This document shows, one piece after another, positions 1 to 13,444 of a DNA stretch of 64,000 bases. The notes beneath the pieces are model-generated. The model did no database searches, had not been told where the DNA came from, and saw nothing but the letters and a program-made list of their open reading frames with translations. A program made the translations under genes and the position numbers. The stretch is from Amoebophrya sp. A120. Lineage: Eukaryota; Protista; Dinoflagellata. The stretch is taken from contig CAJINV010000007.1 of the NCBI GenBank assembly GCA_905178155.1, positions 2,523,151-2,587,150 on the forward strand, in the 5' to 3' direction. The number at the start of each line of letters is the position of its first letter. Within the stretch, counting starts at the first letter, position 1.

Positions 1-965
1 GCATTCCCCGTAACACGAGGCAGTGCTGCCCTCCGGCTGGCACAGAGAGGTGATCAACGTGTTGCCCATAATTTTGATGTTGGTAAGATTTTTGTTTTTC
101 TACTCTGGTGAAAAAGCGATAGTGATACCGAAGCGCCTCACAAAAGTCTGCATCAGGTCCCCCCTCTGCGTTGTATCTTTTACGACGGAAGCTGCTGCTG
201 TGTGCGCCCTTTTTGGCGGGTTGCAAATGGGATGGAAAGTGAAACAAGAACCGATCTCGTAGCGCTAGCACGTTCTTTCGAGGCCGGGACTACAACAACG
301 AGATGAAGTAAACGAGATAACGACTGTACCTACAAGAACGACATCCACATCAGACAATCGAACCATAAAATACACGATTTAATATTGGAGACGCGGCGAA
401 GGCGGTTGCGATTGCGAAATGGAACCACTTCTGTGCTGTCGTGAGAACAAATCCCTCAACACATCGACGAAGACAGCGCATCCAAAAACGATCGAATCAC
501 GATCAACTTTCGTTCAAAACGACCATAACAAGTGACGATTTTCCGTGTCGAAAGGGACCACGATGACGATGCAGTACAGATAAAAGTTTATCCGACGTCG
601 CAAAATAGCAGCACTGTTTCAAGAAAAAACTGCAGTGGCAAGAAGTGCAATATTAAAGGCATACGCAATACGAGTACAAACTACTCCTTGCCCAGGAATT
701 CTGTCGAAACTTGCTTCTAGCGACAGCATTGCTCGCATAGCCGGGATCAAACCAAGAGTGCTGTGTATCCAGGACGCTTTCGACAGGATGCGATGGAGGT
801 GATGTTGCCCTTTTTAGAAAACCGCGTACGAGTTGTACATTTTTCGATTTCTAGCCGACGTTCGAGCGTCCGCATTTTATTCATGGTCGTCATATGGTCG
901 TATTACGAAACATCGTGATAAAGAAAATAAAACAAGAACAACGCTGCGTTTCGTTTCGGTAGCTG

Positions 966-1655
966 CTATCTTGTCATGCCTTGCTGTCGTGGCACTCCCA
1001 ACGCCAGCTCTACTTCCGTTCGCGCGATTTGCTGGCCGTAATTATAATTCGGCCGCTGTAGCGTTCTGTCTATTTCTCCGCGGTTGTCGACGTCGATTAT
1101 TGTCAACATTTTCGTCCGCTTCCGCACACAACATTTACAACCACCGACAGGCTGATTTTGCTTTCCGACGGTGGCAATACGGAAGCAGCAACAAACGGGG
1201 TGCGTGAACAATGTAAAAGAAAAAACGTCCCTGTCATCGTCGAAGATGTCCCTCTTGGGCACGCCTCGCTCCTTCCAAAACGGGCAGCAGGTAGAGACTT
1301 CTACAGTGTCACTCGAGAACAACGGGACCCCGCCCTTGTCCTGCGCGACCAAACCCCCCGGATCGGTGGGTCTCTCGACAGAAAACCGCTTCCCACACGG
1401 ATTCACCGCGCACGCGTAGCGGATGGTGCAACATACCGGGTTGGGAATTTCACAGTGGGCAACGTTCTTCAGGTCGTGGCCACCGAAAGCGTGGTAGATA
1501 CGGTGTGCGTCGGCACGCGAGAAAGGAGCAGGAGGCATAGTATTTCTATGGTTGCCATTGGAAGCGTGTGAGTAATCTTGTCTAGGACTTGATGCGCATG
1601 GAGATGGATGTGTACTTCGAACAACAATTAGAATAGCATCTATTTTATAGACCAC
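966..1655 (-). CDS. hypothetical protein (Cys-rich, exon structure unresolved)
   Basis: 229-aa minus-strand ORF with coding-like composition (PFSRADAHRIYHAFGG..., CCPFWKE); family not recognised; start uncertain. Confidence 0.35.
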   Translation of the reverse strand: MVYKIDAILIVVRSTHPSPCASSPRQDYSHASNGNHRNTMPPAPFSRADAHRIYHAFGGHDLKNVAHCEIPNPVCCTIRYACAVNPCGKRFSVERPTDPGGLVAQDKGGVPLFSSDTVEVSTCCPFWKERGVPKRDIFDDDRDVFSFTLFTHPVCCCFRIATVGKQNQPVGGCKCCVRKRTKMLTIIDVDNRGEIDRTLQRPNYNYGQQIARTEVELALGVPRQQGMTR

Positions 1656-2946
1656 CGGGAAGATTCACCTTAAAAATCAACTCAACAAGGAAAAATCACT
1701 CTCAACTACGAAGCCACAAGAATCGTCCTCTCGGAGCAGGTGGATGTGAGGACAATTATTCAAGGGCATCAAGGGGGAGAAGTGAAAAAAAAAATCACAG
1801 CATGGTTCTTGTCCCCGGCGATACGAAATCATAATTTTTTGGACATTTGAAAAACGCCTCAGGCTCAGCCACAAAGAAAAAAAACACGCATCAAAAATTG
1901 TCCCTGCTTCAAGCGGCTCTTGTAGTGGTATCAACGTCGGGGCTCACCTCCGCACACGATGGCTTATCGAGCGTATTTTTCCCATTTTTATTGCCGTAAA
2001 AAGTTCCGAACCGAGAATCGCGGCGAAGGGATTAGGCTTCGTCCACCGCCTCGCAGTCGCAGAAGTTAGTTCGTCGGAAGGCGGCAAAAGCGTAAAAGTG
2101 ATTTAATCAAAACTGTTGTACGTGGAAATAAACAATGTTTTTTTTTGACGGTCCGCAATCTGCTGTACTGTATTGTTATAACAAGGTTCGACCAATCGTA
2201 CAAAATTATTTCAAGTTCTGTACTCAAGAGTAAAGTAGAATATCGAAGATCAAATTGTTATTTCACAAAAAAAAAGCTCATCGCTTTGTTTATTCCGTTT
2301 CCACCGAAGAAGTTAGGACTATTAGATCGAATCGGAGTAGTACGGAGACAGCAAAAGGAATATATAAGAAAGTTGAGCAAGTTCTTGACACTCGATGTCT
2401 ACATAGTTCTGTAGTGTTAAAATGTTGGAGCAATATTCTCCGTACTTGTAGGTAACTAAGTATGCCTCACTCCCGAATTAATTTCCTTTCATGCAGCTTA
2501 CACCATCGTCCCGGGTCGCGAGTAACTCCGAAATCGGTCCAGCTGAATGGCTCGATGAAGCGCTCGCAGGTCGATTTCCTCTTCAGCATCGGAAAAAGAA
2601 GCCAGATCCACTTCTACTTCTACTTCTCGGCCATTCTCTTGTCGCTCAATAATCGGAATATTGAACGAAGGGCTAGCCGCTTCCTCGTCGGTTGAAAGCG
2701 GAGACGGCGCGCTCGTGGACATTGAACTGTAGCGCCGAGAATGGCCTGCGTTCGGGTCTAGTAACTCTTCCAGTTGTGTCTCGTGGTGAAAGTCGCGGCC
2801 GTGGTGCTCTTTACTTGTTATGCATTGCAAAAGTATTCATCGTACTAGTAGTGGAAATTACAACAGCACAAATTCTTCTGTCATGATGAAATATGCAACT
2901 TCTCATGCGGATTTAGGAAAGGACACCAAGTGCGAAATTACGATCA

Positions 2947-3585
2947 CTACGAGTACGGATGGTTTATTAATTTCTTGCTGTGGATATTGCAAGTGGTCGC
3001 GCTTCCCGCCTCCCCTTGTCCTTCTTCATCCACGCAACGTGGTAGATCCTCTCGACGATAAGTGCTGGTCGCAGAAGCAGCCGGAGGCTGGCCAAGGGTG
3101 TGATGCTGTTGATTTGTTCGCGCAACTACAACAAGTTGTTGGTCAACTTGAACTCTGCTGCAAGTAGCTGCGATCAACATCGCTGATGTTGAGGAGCGAA
3201 ACGCAACAACAGGATCTTCAACAGACCGATCGACCTTCGAATGATCCGCATCGACGGAAGTCGAGGTCATCGCGGTCGTTCCTTCAAAAGTTTGCGTCGG
3301 TCTGTCGACCCCAGCAATTTGCTGGTCGTGCTGGTATGGCAGTTGCTCGTCTTGTCCTTGATCAACGGCAAGAGTTCCCATGTGCAGTTGTCCTGCTTCC
3401 AGAGCCACGCAGTAATGGTCCTGGTCCTTCCACTTGAAGTAGAAGAAACTCACGGCCAAGACGAAAGCGACAGCGACCACGAAAATCACAATCGGTGGGA
3501 CTCGTGCTTGCAGCTGCTCCAGTTGGTGCTGCAGTTGTCCGTGGGAAAGCAAGAAAGATTTGATGGAGAACAACTCCATAATCAC
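2947..3585 (-). CDS. hypothetical single-TM protein
   Basis: 212-aa ORF with one hydrophobic segment (IVIFVVAVAFVLAVSFFYF); same strand as all other genes. Confidence 0.35.
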   Translation of the reverse strand: MIMELFSIKSFLLSHGQLQHQLEQLQARVPPIVIFVVAVAFVLAVSFFYFKWKDQDHYCVALEAGQLHMGTLAVDQGQDEQLPYQHDQQIAGVDRPTQTFEGTTAMTSTSVDADHSKVDRSVEDPVVAFRSSTSAMLIAATCSRVQVDQQLVVVARTNQQHHTLGQPPAASATSTYRREDLPRCVDEEGQGEAGSATTCNIHSKKLINHPYS

Positions 3586-4446
3586 GAAGGACTAACGCCC
3601 CGATGAAAAAGGAAAGGCGAGCGTCACCATGGTCATTGGTGATAAACTAAAATGGTGATTGAGAGGGCTACAAGTAATGCAGCAAGTAGCTTCGAGGACC
3701 CATCTTGGCCTATAAATTGTAAAGTACTAATATTTTTTGCAGTTGCGTTCTTTACGCGCACGCGTCGATCCCCATTCCGGGGTGTGACCAAGTAGACATG
3801 TATAAACAAGACATCTTCGAATTGTCTCCATGAGACGAAAACACGGCTCGTTCGCCTGGTCTAGGTTTGTGCTTCTCGAGCTTCAAGGTAATTTCTCAAT
3901 CACTCCCACTCCTGGTCCGCTACTCACGCTCAGTCTCAACACCATGCCTCACAGTTTCGATCTTTACAGTGAGACCAGCCTTTACGAGAGTGCAAATAGT
4001 TCTCGCACAATGAATCGATGACTGCTACTAGCGCACCAGCTCGATATCGCCGACAAGGTTGTTTGTCTTCGTGCTACTTGACTGTTAGTTACTAACCCAG
4101 ATGCTGACGCAAATGAAACGCGCAGGGCGCATAAGGTGAAAACAGCAAAAGTCACGACGTGGTCAACATCAGCAACATTTCTTGCGGCTTTCGTTAGTGA
4201 CCGACGAGCGGTTTTCAACTCTGGGAATCTATTGAGCGTCTGCTTCTCCTGTGACACAGCAGGTATAATTCCATTCGTCGACAACTTCAACTACAAGGTG
4301 CTAGACTAAGAATTCTTTCAGAGCGCTAATAGTTGAGACCACGTCGTGTGCTCATCTTTGATGAAGTAGAGTAGGTGTAGGTGGAGTGTCGGCTAGTAGT
4401 ACACCTAGCAGCACACGCAGAGTACCACTTTTGAACTTTCTGCCGA

Positions 4447-6675
4447 CTACACTACCGCGGCCGCCGCCAGCGTCTGCAAATCCTGTAATCCACAACTCTG
4501 CACGTCCATTGCCCGTATGACAGAGCTATGCGTTGCGAATATGATGTCTGAGTCTGGAGAGGTGTGACGCAAGAAGTACGCGTATACTAGACGGACTCTA
4601 ATGCACATCAAAGTACTTATTCTTTTTTGTGAATCTTTGTTGCGTATTCAGCACGACAGCCTGGGTTTTTGCATGACAGGCTTGAGGAGTAGTTCGTCGT
4701 GGCCACGCAGTATAGAGCTCAGAGAGATGGACATCCCACACTAGCATGACAAGTCACGCTCCCGCAATCTTCCAGGAGCCTGGACCAGGCGACCCAGACA
4801 TTATATTTGCATCGGATAAAAGCCTACTTCATCGTTGAACAGTTGGCTGTTGAACCGGCCTTTTTTCTGAAAAGCGTCCAACTCGTGGTCCCTCCCCGGC
4901 AGCACCAGAAACCGACGAAACTGCTCGGTGTTTCGCAGAAGCGGGTTCGGCGGGTTGTGGCTCGTCGGGAACTTTTCGCGCAGATACCGCATGGTGTCGA
5001 TCCCCTTAGTGTAGTCAGCGAGCGTGTCGTTCCGGCTCATGATGAGCAGGTAGGAGGGAAGCAGACTGACACTCTGCTTCCAGTACTGGTCCGGCGGGAA
5101 CAGGGGCGCCCACCCGGCGAGCGCGCCCGATTGCTGAATCACGAAGTTGATGGGGCTTGTTGCCTGCGCCAAATGCTCGTCGTTTTCAAACGGGATTGCG
5201 TTTGGATTGCTTGATGTTGTTCCCGCGCCGGCCACATTCCCCGTCGTGCCTAGCCCTAACTTCAACTCTTCGAAGAATCCGGCGTGCCCGGCGTTGTGCG
5301 CCCCGGCCGCGGACCCGACGAGGCCGATTTTTGACGCGTCGATGTTGTAGGCCGCTGCGTTTTGCTTCAGAAACCGGATGCTAGTCCACACATCCCGCAC
5401 CGGGTCGGAGAGAATGCGGCTTTTCCACTCGGTTGTCAACGAATTCCACCGTCGGTACTCGACGGAAACCCCTACAAAGCCTCTTTTCGCCCAACCTCTC
5501 GCGTGCTTTCGCGCCTCGTTGGAGCTTTTCGAAGAGTTGCGCTGCGCCGCTTCCGGCAGCCAGGCACCGCCGTGGAGGAACAGGACAGCGGGGCGGGGGG
5601 GTTGACGTTGGGGGGTCGTCGGCGCGCCGTTAGTACTTGATGGAGGTGTAGGAGGTGACGCCAGCTCTAGTACATCAGGTGGAAGGTACAGATCTAACTT
5701 CAAAGGGTAGCTCTTCTGGTCGTTATCCACCAAATTCCGCCCCGTTCCGTACAAAACATTGGTAACTTTCGTGATCTGGCTATTCCTGAATTGATTCGCG
5801 CAACAGGGCAGCAGTCGCGGGCAGAAGAGGGATTCCTTCCACATCTTGTCGATCAGCAGCTGTTGTGCCGTTTGGATGATCGTCTGTGCGAAGATTGTCG
5901 ACGAAGCATTTGATGGCACTGCTCCTGTAGAAGTTGTGTCATTCGTATCGTTCATCGCCGAAGTAGAATTAGTGCTACTCGCGTTCGTAGTTGTGACATT
6001 AATCATATCGTCCGTCCAGACAATGAGTCCAGTGCTCGTCGCGTCACTGACAACGTCGGTCCAGGTGTTGCCCGACGTGTCTGTGTCGGCCGCAGTTCCA
6101 GGTTGCGCTGAACTACCACCAGAACTAGTCAGTGTCGCATTGTAGTTATTTTCTACTCCGAGAAAGTTGTCGAAGTTCAGCAGGTCATCTGCGTTGAGAA
6201 TCAGTTCCTGTTGCGCGGAGTTGTCCACTGCGATAGTGGTTGTTTTTAATCTGTCATTCCCCCCGTCTTTGGACAAAGCAAACGTCAAGAAGACAAAGCC
6301 CACGACGAGACCACCGACCGCGAGCAGGGAGAAGCCAACCGCGAAGGTTGTGCTTCTGGAAAAGGTTCTTGTTTTTCCGACAAGCTCCGCCGTGGAACTC
6401 CTGGCGGTGGAAGAGAGTCTTGCGAGGCGAGCAGAAATCTGGCTTGAAATTGACGGAGATTTTCGTAGCTCTTGTTGATGATGTGGTCGTGCATTTTTGT
6501 CCTCCTCGTCATCTTCACCGTCGTCAACGTGGTCATCCTCCCAGGGAAGACGGGTCGTGGTGCAGCTGACAGCACCTGCTGCAATTGGGTTAGAGTTGGG
6601 TCGGGTTGGAAGGTCAAGGATTACCACGCTCTGGAGGGAATTCGGGGCCACAGCTGGTCTCGCTTCATCTGCCAT
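4447..6675 (-). CDS. type II membrane-anchored alpha/beta hydrolase (HSL/BD-FAE-like esterase), possibly inactive; 2 exons
   Basis: LKLDLYLP, PAVLFLHGGAW, GFVGVSVEYR, IDASKIGLVGSAAG motifs and one N-terminal TM helix; removing 4522-4818 gives ...NDEVG(F/S)VIRAMDV...TAG at 4447. Confidence 0.75.
4522..4818. mobile_element. TIR introner, family A (non-canonical intron, 297 nt)
   Basis: TIRs tatgcgttgcgaatatgatgtctgagtc / rc tatccgatgcaaatataatgtctgggtc; imperfect TSD agagc/aaagc; removal restores frame. Confidence 0.75.
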
Positions 6676-7882
6676 CGATCATCGAGCAGCTTTTTTATGC
6701 AAAGGTAAAGTTGTTGTTCGGAAATAAGGAGCTACAGGTCGTGCTGGTGATACTGGCATAGATCCAGAAAGACTCGACAGTATTTCCAGCCACACCAGCT
6801 GCAACTTCTAGAAGTAAACAGGCTACCTTAGTTCCTTCTACTAGAGGTACGGCATAATCATAAAACATACAAGACTTCTTTGTCGTAATCCAGAATCAAA
6901 TATTGATTGTTTCCAGTACTACAAAAAGCTGGACTTCTGCAGTCCAAGCTAAATACGGCGCGTCAATGTAGTGCCACAAGGTGTATCAGATGAGAAAGGG
7001 AAAGGCAAAGGCAAAGGTCCTGAATGATTTCGATTCTTTTTTGGTAAGAACGAACAGAACTGCAACTGTCTGAAGATTGTTCTTCTGCTTCCGATTCTAC
7101 TATCATGCAATCGACTTCTACAATAAGAGAGACTCACTGCCGACGAATTTCATTGTGAAAGGGACCGAGAGAAATTACTACAATGTCACAACATGGACCG
7201 AAATAACAGACGATGGCTCTAACAAGGATTGTGTGATGAGCACGAGTAGCAATCCTCGTCATGCGCGTGTTCATCAAACAATCTTACAACCGAACTGAAA
7301 TTCAGTACAACAGGACACACCAATGCTATAAAATTTTTGCTTGCATTGATTTGATCAACCGATAATAACGGATTCTGCGTGTTCACAGCTCTTACTTCAT
7401 TTCTGAACATCGAATAAGCAAAAAACCATGCGGACGAAGAGAAATAGAGCAAGATTCTCGGCGCATCCTTTCTTATTCTCATCCAACACACAACTCGAAT
7501 TGGGTCGGCAATGAAACTGAAAAAGAAATATCAAAATCTTCAGGTTCAGATTAAGAATCCTCCAACGCCAAGAAATAGAGTATACATTTTATGGTTGAAA
7601 AAAGCTTGGTGTCAATCACCACGACCGATCGAAATTTCAAACATAACACATGTGGTTGTCCTGCCATAAGTAAAACAATGATTGAATAAAACAAACATGG
7701 TAACTTCGAACAAGAAAAACAAAAAACATTCACATAAAATTCACATGATCGGAAAGGCCTACATAATATCATCGACTTGAACTTCTTGGATACTATAATA
7801 TGCGACTACAAATACAACAAGATGAAGAGCCCCTAGCCCCTCGTGCCTTCTGCACTCATTTTAACATAAACCGAAATCATTT

Positions 7883-10800
7883 TTACGGGCGGAGCTGCAG
7901 CTGTGCTGCTTGTGCGAGCGCCTCCCGTGCGTGCTGCGGAGGTTGCCACTTGTTGATGTCCGGTGGCAGGTCAAGTGGGTTACTCGGGTCTACGGGCCCG
8001 GCAAAGGTGTCGGCCCAAATGCTGTCTTGGTCGGTGTGGTTTACCCACCGTCGGTTCCAGTGAAAATCTTCGTGCGTCATCCAGTTGAAGGATCGCATGA
8101 GTGACGTGCCGTCGCTGCGCCCACTGGCCGTAACCTGCGAAAAGACCTGGATGATGGGCAGTGCAAGCACGAGGTAGAGCAGCAGCACCTCCGCGAGGAA
8201 GGAAATTTTCGCGACACCAATGGGCAAGTCCGACATGAGTAGCAGCGGCAACTGGGTTCCGAAAGCGAACACAACGAAGGCGGCCCAGGCGAGTAGCAGA
8301 ATGACTGCTCGGATCGGCTGCCAGACCCGTCCCTCGGACCGGAGGACGTTGATCGACCAGGTGTAGCCGGGGCATTTTACCTCGTTTGAATGGAAGTTTA
8401 AACTGCTCCCGTCTGCGTCCCCGTCGTCGTCCGAAAAAAAGGAGACGCATTCGCCGTAGAAAAGTTGGTAATTCTCAAAAAAGAGCAACGCCGTCATGGC
8501 GAGCATGGCGGAAGTCCCGTGCAGAGCATGCATGTACCCCCAGAACGTCGTGTCCACTTCGGTGTCAAGTTCTTGAAGCCTCAGCTGCGCTTGTTGCGGT
8601 TGGTCCGTACTGCGGCCGCGATCCCCGTCGTTTAGGTCGTTACTCACTTCGACAAAAGACACGGGCTCCCAGATGTTCGGCTTCAGCGTTTCAACCGTCA
8701 TCATTTCTTGCTTCGCGGCCACGAGCGCCTCCGCCTTCGCTCTCGCCCGCGCATCTTCCTCCGCCTGCAGTTCCCCCGGCGAGGCCGAGATGTCCAAGGT
8801 GGCGCGGGCGAGGCTGTCCTCTCCGCGTTTGTCGACGACACTCTTGCTGAATTTGTTTCCCACGCTCGCAATGATCTTGTTCTTCGCCTCATTTTTCGCG
8901 TCCAGCCTTGCCTTGCTACTTTGCTTGTTGAGCAACTGACTACGCGGACTAGAAGCGCTTCTGGGTGTGGTAGCAGCAGCAGGAGTGCCACCACTGCTGT
9001 AGTTGTCACTGTCCCCGCCTTGCTCGATCTCCGGAATCAGGGCAACATTCTTGTTCGGAAGATGACCTGGGGAAGTTTTACTTATGCTTGGCAAAAGGGA
9101 ATCCAGCTGCGAATCAACATCTCCATCCGGAGGGCCTCCACCAGCAGCCTCCCCCTCACCGCGCCTCCTGTTGCTGCCGGACATCTTTCCGCCGCGGCCA
9201 CCTATGTGCGTCAAAGTGCCGTCTGGGCGCGGGACGACTGACGGGCTTGACGTGGCAAAACGGGACGAGGACAACCACCGGGGCTGGGTTTTATCCGTCA
9301 AACTGGGGATCGCACCGGTCAGAAAGAACCCCACCGCGGGCACCACGTACCACACTGAGCGCCAGAAGTTCTCGGGCGCGGAGTTCACCAGCGGCTGCAG
9401 GAGGCCGTTGTAGTCCTTGTCTGTCATGGGAATCCAGGCCGGGTAGATGTGCAAGGGGTAGGCCGTGAAAAGCAGGGCGAGCGCGAACAGGATTAGGGAC
9501 ACGCTCCACAGCTGCCCGGCCACCGTGTCCTGCCGCTGCGTCACGTTGGACAGCGTGCCTTTCTTGGGAAAGTTCTCCGGCAACAGGTGCGGCCGGCTGA
9601 ACACGATGTTGCACGGCAGGCAGGTGCCCAGGATCAGCATCAGGTACGTGACGGAGAGCAGAACGAGAATATGGGAGTGTCAGAGTTGAAATCGACAAAG
9701 TTGAAATGATTTGTCATGCATAAAATGCGACACAAAGACTGACTCTATTGCTGAAGGCGCAAGGGAGGCAGATTCTAGTGCTGGCAAGGGAAAGGGTCAA
9801 GAAGTGGGCTGCTGACTAGCATGACAGGGAGCAGCCTCCTTGCCCTAAACAGCATGACAGACTTGCTTCAGAGGCCAGGAAAATTTGTCATGCGCCGATT
9901 GGAAACTGTGGGTCCAACTGGTATAGATTTTATGCATCACACACAAATTATTTCAACTTTGTTAATTTCAATCCTGACAGTTCCATAGAGGACCATCACG
10001 TCGTAGTTCTCCGCTTCTAGAAGGACGTTTGCGTGCTATCAACTGTAAAAGTGTCTGGGTCTGGAAGAATGCGCGATTTGTAATGCAGTTTTTCCATGCC
10101 CCATGAGGTCTGGAATGCAGGGCCTAGCATGACAGATTCTGCGAGATCTCTATCATGCCTATCCTGCATGAGAAACTCCTTGTCACCTTGGTCAAAAATG
10201 CACGGCTTTATTTGGTACTCATGCAACACAGATTGTTGCATGATCCAGATTTAGCATGACAAACATGCATTCTTCCAGACTGCTCAGACATTTTTACATT
10301 TGATACGTGCAGTTTCAACACCAATTGCTCATCCGTCACGGCTATGCACTGCAAATATGAAGTTTTATGTGTATGTCTGGGTCTAGAGCGTTCGAACTTG
10401 TAATGCAAATGCTGGAGCATGCGAACTGGTAAATGTAAGAACTTTGCGTGCTGCATAACCAAGAAAAGTCGCAGCCTCCTTTGTCAACAAGCAAAAACGC
10501 AGTTTCTCATGAGGGCTGCGTATGAGAAAGCGTTCTGGGTGGCAGCTGTCATGCTCGGCTGCCATCGGAACTGTTTCCTTTCCATATCCATGGCCATGCT
10601 GCGCATTTTAGCATCACAAGTTTCCAGAAGCAGACATTCATATTCATAAGCATTTGCACTGCATAACGGCCCGCTCGCGCATCCGCTTGAAAACAACCGC
10701 GAGATTTTCGTTCAACGCGGTGACGTTGTTCAGCAGGTAGTCGAACCTCTGCCACTCCTGCGGGGTCACGTCTGGGGGGTGCCGCAGCCCGTAGGCCAGC

Positions 10801-12125
10801 GAAGTTTCGTGTCCGCGCTTTCCTTTTCGCAAATCGTCGCCGGTAAACATTTTCTCTATGCCCATCCTCTTCGCCTCGTCGTTCTTCTGAATTTTTCTCC
10901 ACTCTTGTATGGTCATGTTATCGTACCGGGGGTCGAACAGATAGCCGTAGCGCGTGTCGTATCCACTGCAAAAGAAAAAGTATCGCGCTCCTACTAATCG
11001 CAATCACGACGCGTGACAAATCTTGCTTCAGATACTGAATGATCTGCATGTACGTTCTTGACAGCTTCCAACTTTCTTCTTGACAAAATCATTTGTCTAT
11101 GCGATTGATGCTAACTCGTGCGATACTTTTGGAATGCGAATGCGTATGTCGTATGGGGGAGGTGGAGCAGCGCCAGCAGCGCCTCCAACATCATTTGAGT
11201 TCATAGAGGATGAAAGCAGCGGCGAAGGTTGCTCGTGCTCTGAGGTGGCAACGACGCTGGGGTCTTTCGGTTGCTGCGGTTCTTCCGGTTCCTGCTGAAA
11301 ATTGCGAGGCGCTGCAATACCAGGCGAGTTTTGCACGATTGCTCCGCCTGTACTTGATGTGGTGGAATATGATCCTTGCGCGTTCTTGTCATTGAGATTT
11401 GCAGCGTTATTGTTTCCGCTGGCGCTGGAAGGACCGCCTGCTTGTGTGATCATTGTAGTGCCTCCCGTACTAGGTGAGGACCGCGACAGTTCTACTTCCG
11501 GAGCAAGGGCGTCATCAACATTTTGCTCAATTTGATGATTTCCACCGTCAGGAGGGTGGCTTTGGTTGTAATTGTAAAGCCCTGGTAGTCTCCTTTTCAC
11601 CTCCGAACTTTCGTCTTCTTCTTCACCGGCGGCGTTCGGACGAGCAGCTCCAGGCAGCTGCACAGGATTACCGCCGATGCTCATCTGCCGCACGGCCGGG
11701 GACGCGTTTTGGTTTTCGGTCGTACTCTTGGTCTTGTCGGATGAATCAGCAACATTTAATATCCCGGCGCTTCTGGAGATTTGACGCAGCTCCCGATAGG
11801 CTTTAGAAGTGCTACTTCGTGTAGTTCGTGATGCTTTGTTCTTGTGGTCCTGTTGTTGGCGTCCGAGGACGAACAACGTTGTTGTAGCAGTACAACATGT
11901 ACCTCTTGGTGTAGCTGTGAAAGTTCCACCAGAGAAGTCGGATGCTGGAAGCCGGAAAAAAAAGCACAGCAGGCATACTCGCGGCAAACTGTCCAGGAAC
12001 GGCTGGAAGACGCGGACTGGGAATCCGAATTTGAGGGAAGATCGACTACTTGTCCCCTGGAGCTGGAGCGGTGGAGATGATTTGCTGCTGCGCAACATTT
12101 TTGATAGCGACCACGTCGTACCCAT
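7883..12125 (-). CDS. multi-pass membrane protein of unknown family (paralog 1), 5 exons
   Basis: ORFs 11097-12146, 10644-11003, a ~32-nt micro-exon, exon 9988-10031 and ORF 7883-9640 join in frame (PPPYDTRYG, RERAVTDEQ, KLHANVLL, VMVLVLLS) after removing four introners; several TM helices; start codon uncertain. Confidence 0.7.
9665..9987. mobile_element. TIR introner, family B (323 nt)
   Basis: ~44-nt TIR tatgggagtgtcagagttgaaatcgacaaagttgaaatgatttg / rc tatggaactgtcaggattgaaattaacaaagttgaaataatttg; TSD gagaa/gagga. Confidence 0.85.
10032..10305. mobile_element. TIR introner, family A (274 nt)
   Basis: TIR tatcaa.tgtaaaa.tgtctg; perfect TSD cgtgc (10032-36, 10306-10); interior closely similar to 22919-23194. 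Confidence 0.9.
10338..10665. mobile_element. TIR introner, family A-like (328 nt)
   Basis: TIR tatgcactgcaaat / rc tatgcagtgcaaat; perfect TSD acggc; removal restores frame. Confidence 0.85.
10955..11146. mobile_element. TIR introner, family C (192 nt)
   Basis: degenerate TIR with aaaagtatcgc core; perfect TSD tgtcg; joins PPPYD-TRYG. Confidence 0.8.
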
Positions 12126-13444
12126 ATGAAGAAGATGCAAGTGCAACTACCACTACGTCAAGGCAAATAACTCTGTTGTATCTACTTGCTGTAGTTTTGT
12201 TTATTTTCGCATTCTACTACTAAGTATACTCCTCATCAGTGAGGAGTCTCAGGACGACGGTACCATACGAAAAAACAAAAAGCTGTAAATACCATAATTT
12301 GTTTACAAAGTGGAAGTGAATAAAGATCTACCTTGACAACGATGAGAACGATAAAGCAAGGTTATAACTGACGATTTGATCTTGATGGAAGACTCCCACA
12401 GGAGATAGATTTTGCTTTCGCCCACCACGACGACGACGAGGGAGGATAACATCTTTTTTTGTTTCTTTTTGCGAGACCACGACTGTGGGGATCATCATTT
12501 TGTTGTAGTGCAGCTGCAAGGAGAAAATGGAAGATATTCGTTTCAACTGGGGAGAGATTGTTGGAGGACTGCATTTTTTCTTTCTACGACCCATCTACGA
12601 CGACCTTCCACAACGATAATACTCGATGAAGCCGACAAATCACCTTTGACTTGCTTCTGTTTCACGACAATCACATTGATGCTGTGACTGGTTATGAGGA
12701 AAACGATAATAACGAAGAACTCGCTATTTTTACTTCTTTGTATGATTTCGCCATTGCTACTTGTTCGAGCTAGGCGGGAGCTGCTTCGTGTGTTGCGTCT
12801 AAAATATCGCGAGGCAAGAACTTTAATAAATATCTTGTACATAATCATAAGCTCGAGCTCGTTTCTTTCGAGGTGTACAAACGAAATCAATTTCGAATTC
12901 AGACAGATGTTTGAAGAAAGCTGTAGTCTTTACATAAGGATAAGAGAGAACCAGAGGACACACAAGAAATAAATTGCTAGAGTTTAACGAAGACGATTGG
13001 TAGTGGTAGTGTACAACATCAACAGCGAGATTTTTTATCTTTGCAATGGATTAAGATTTTTAACATTAATTCGAGAGATTTATCTACATGCTTTCTCGAT
13101 TTTCTTAAAATTTTCGGAAAGGAAACGCAAAGGATCGCTGCATCTGATTCTGACCAGATAGCTGCCTTCTGCTTGCAACTGCCGGCGCGAGGAGTCCTAC
13201 TTATTTGTGGTGGTTCTACAATTTTATATTTCTAAGAAGATTATTGCTTGTTCCCTTTTGTACAACTCGAGATAATATCAATCCCGCTGTAGTTTCCGAA
13301 CATAAAACACCAGGACGTTTGGGTCGTTTAGTTACGTTTCGTAAGTACTTCTACTGTCGAATCTTTCACGCTGACTAAAAACTTTTCTCCGTTTTTTATT
13401 GCTAGTTTCACACTACAACCTCCACAGCGCTTTCCAGATGAAAC

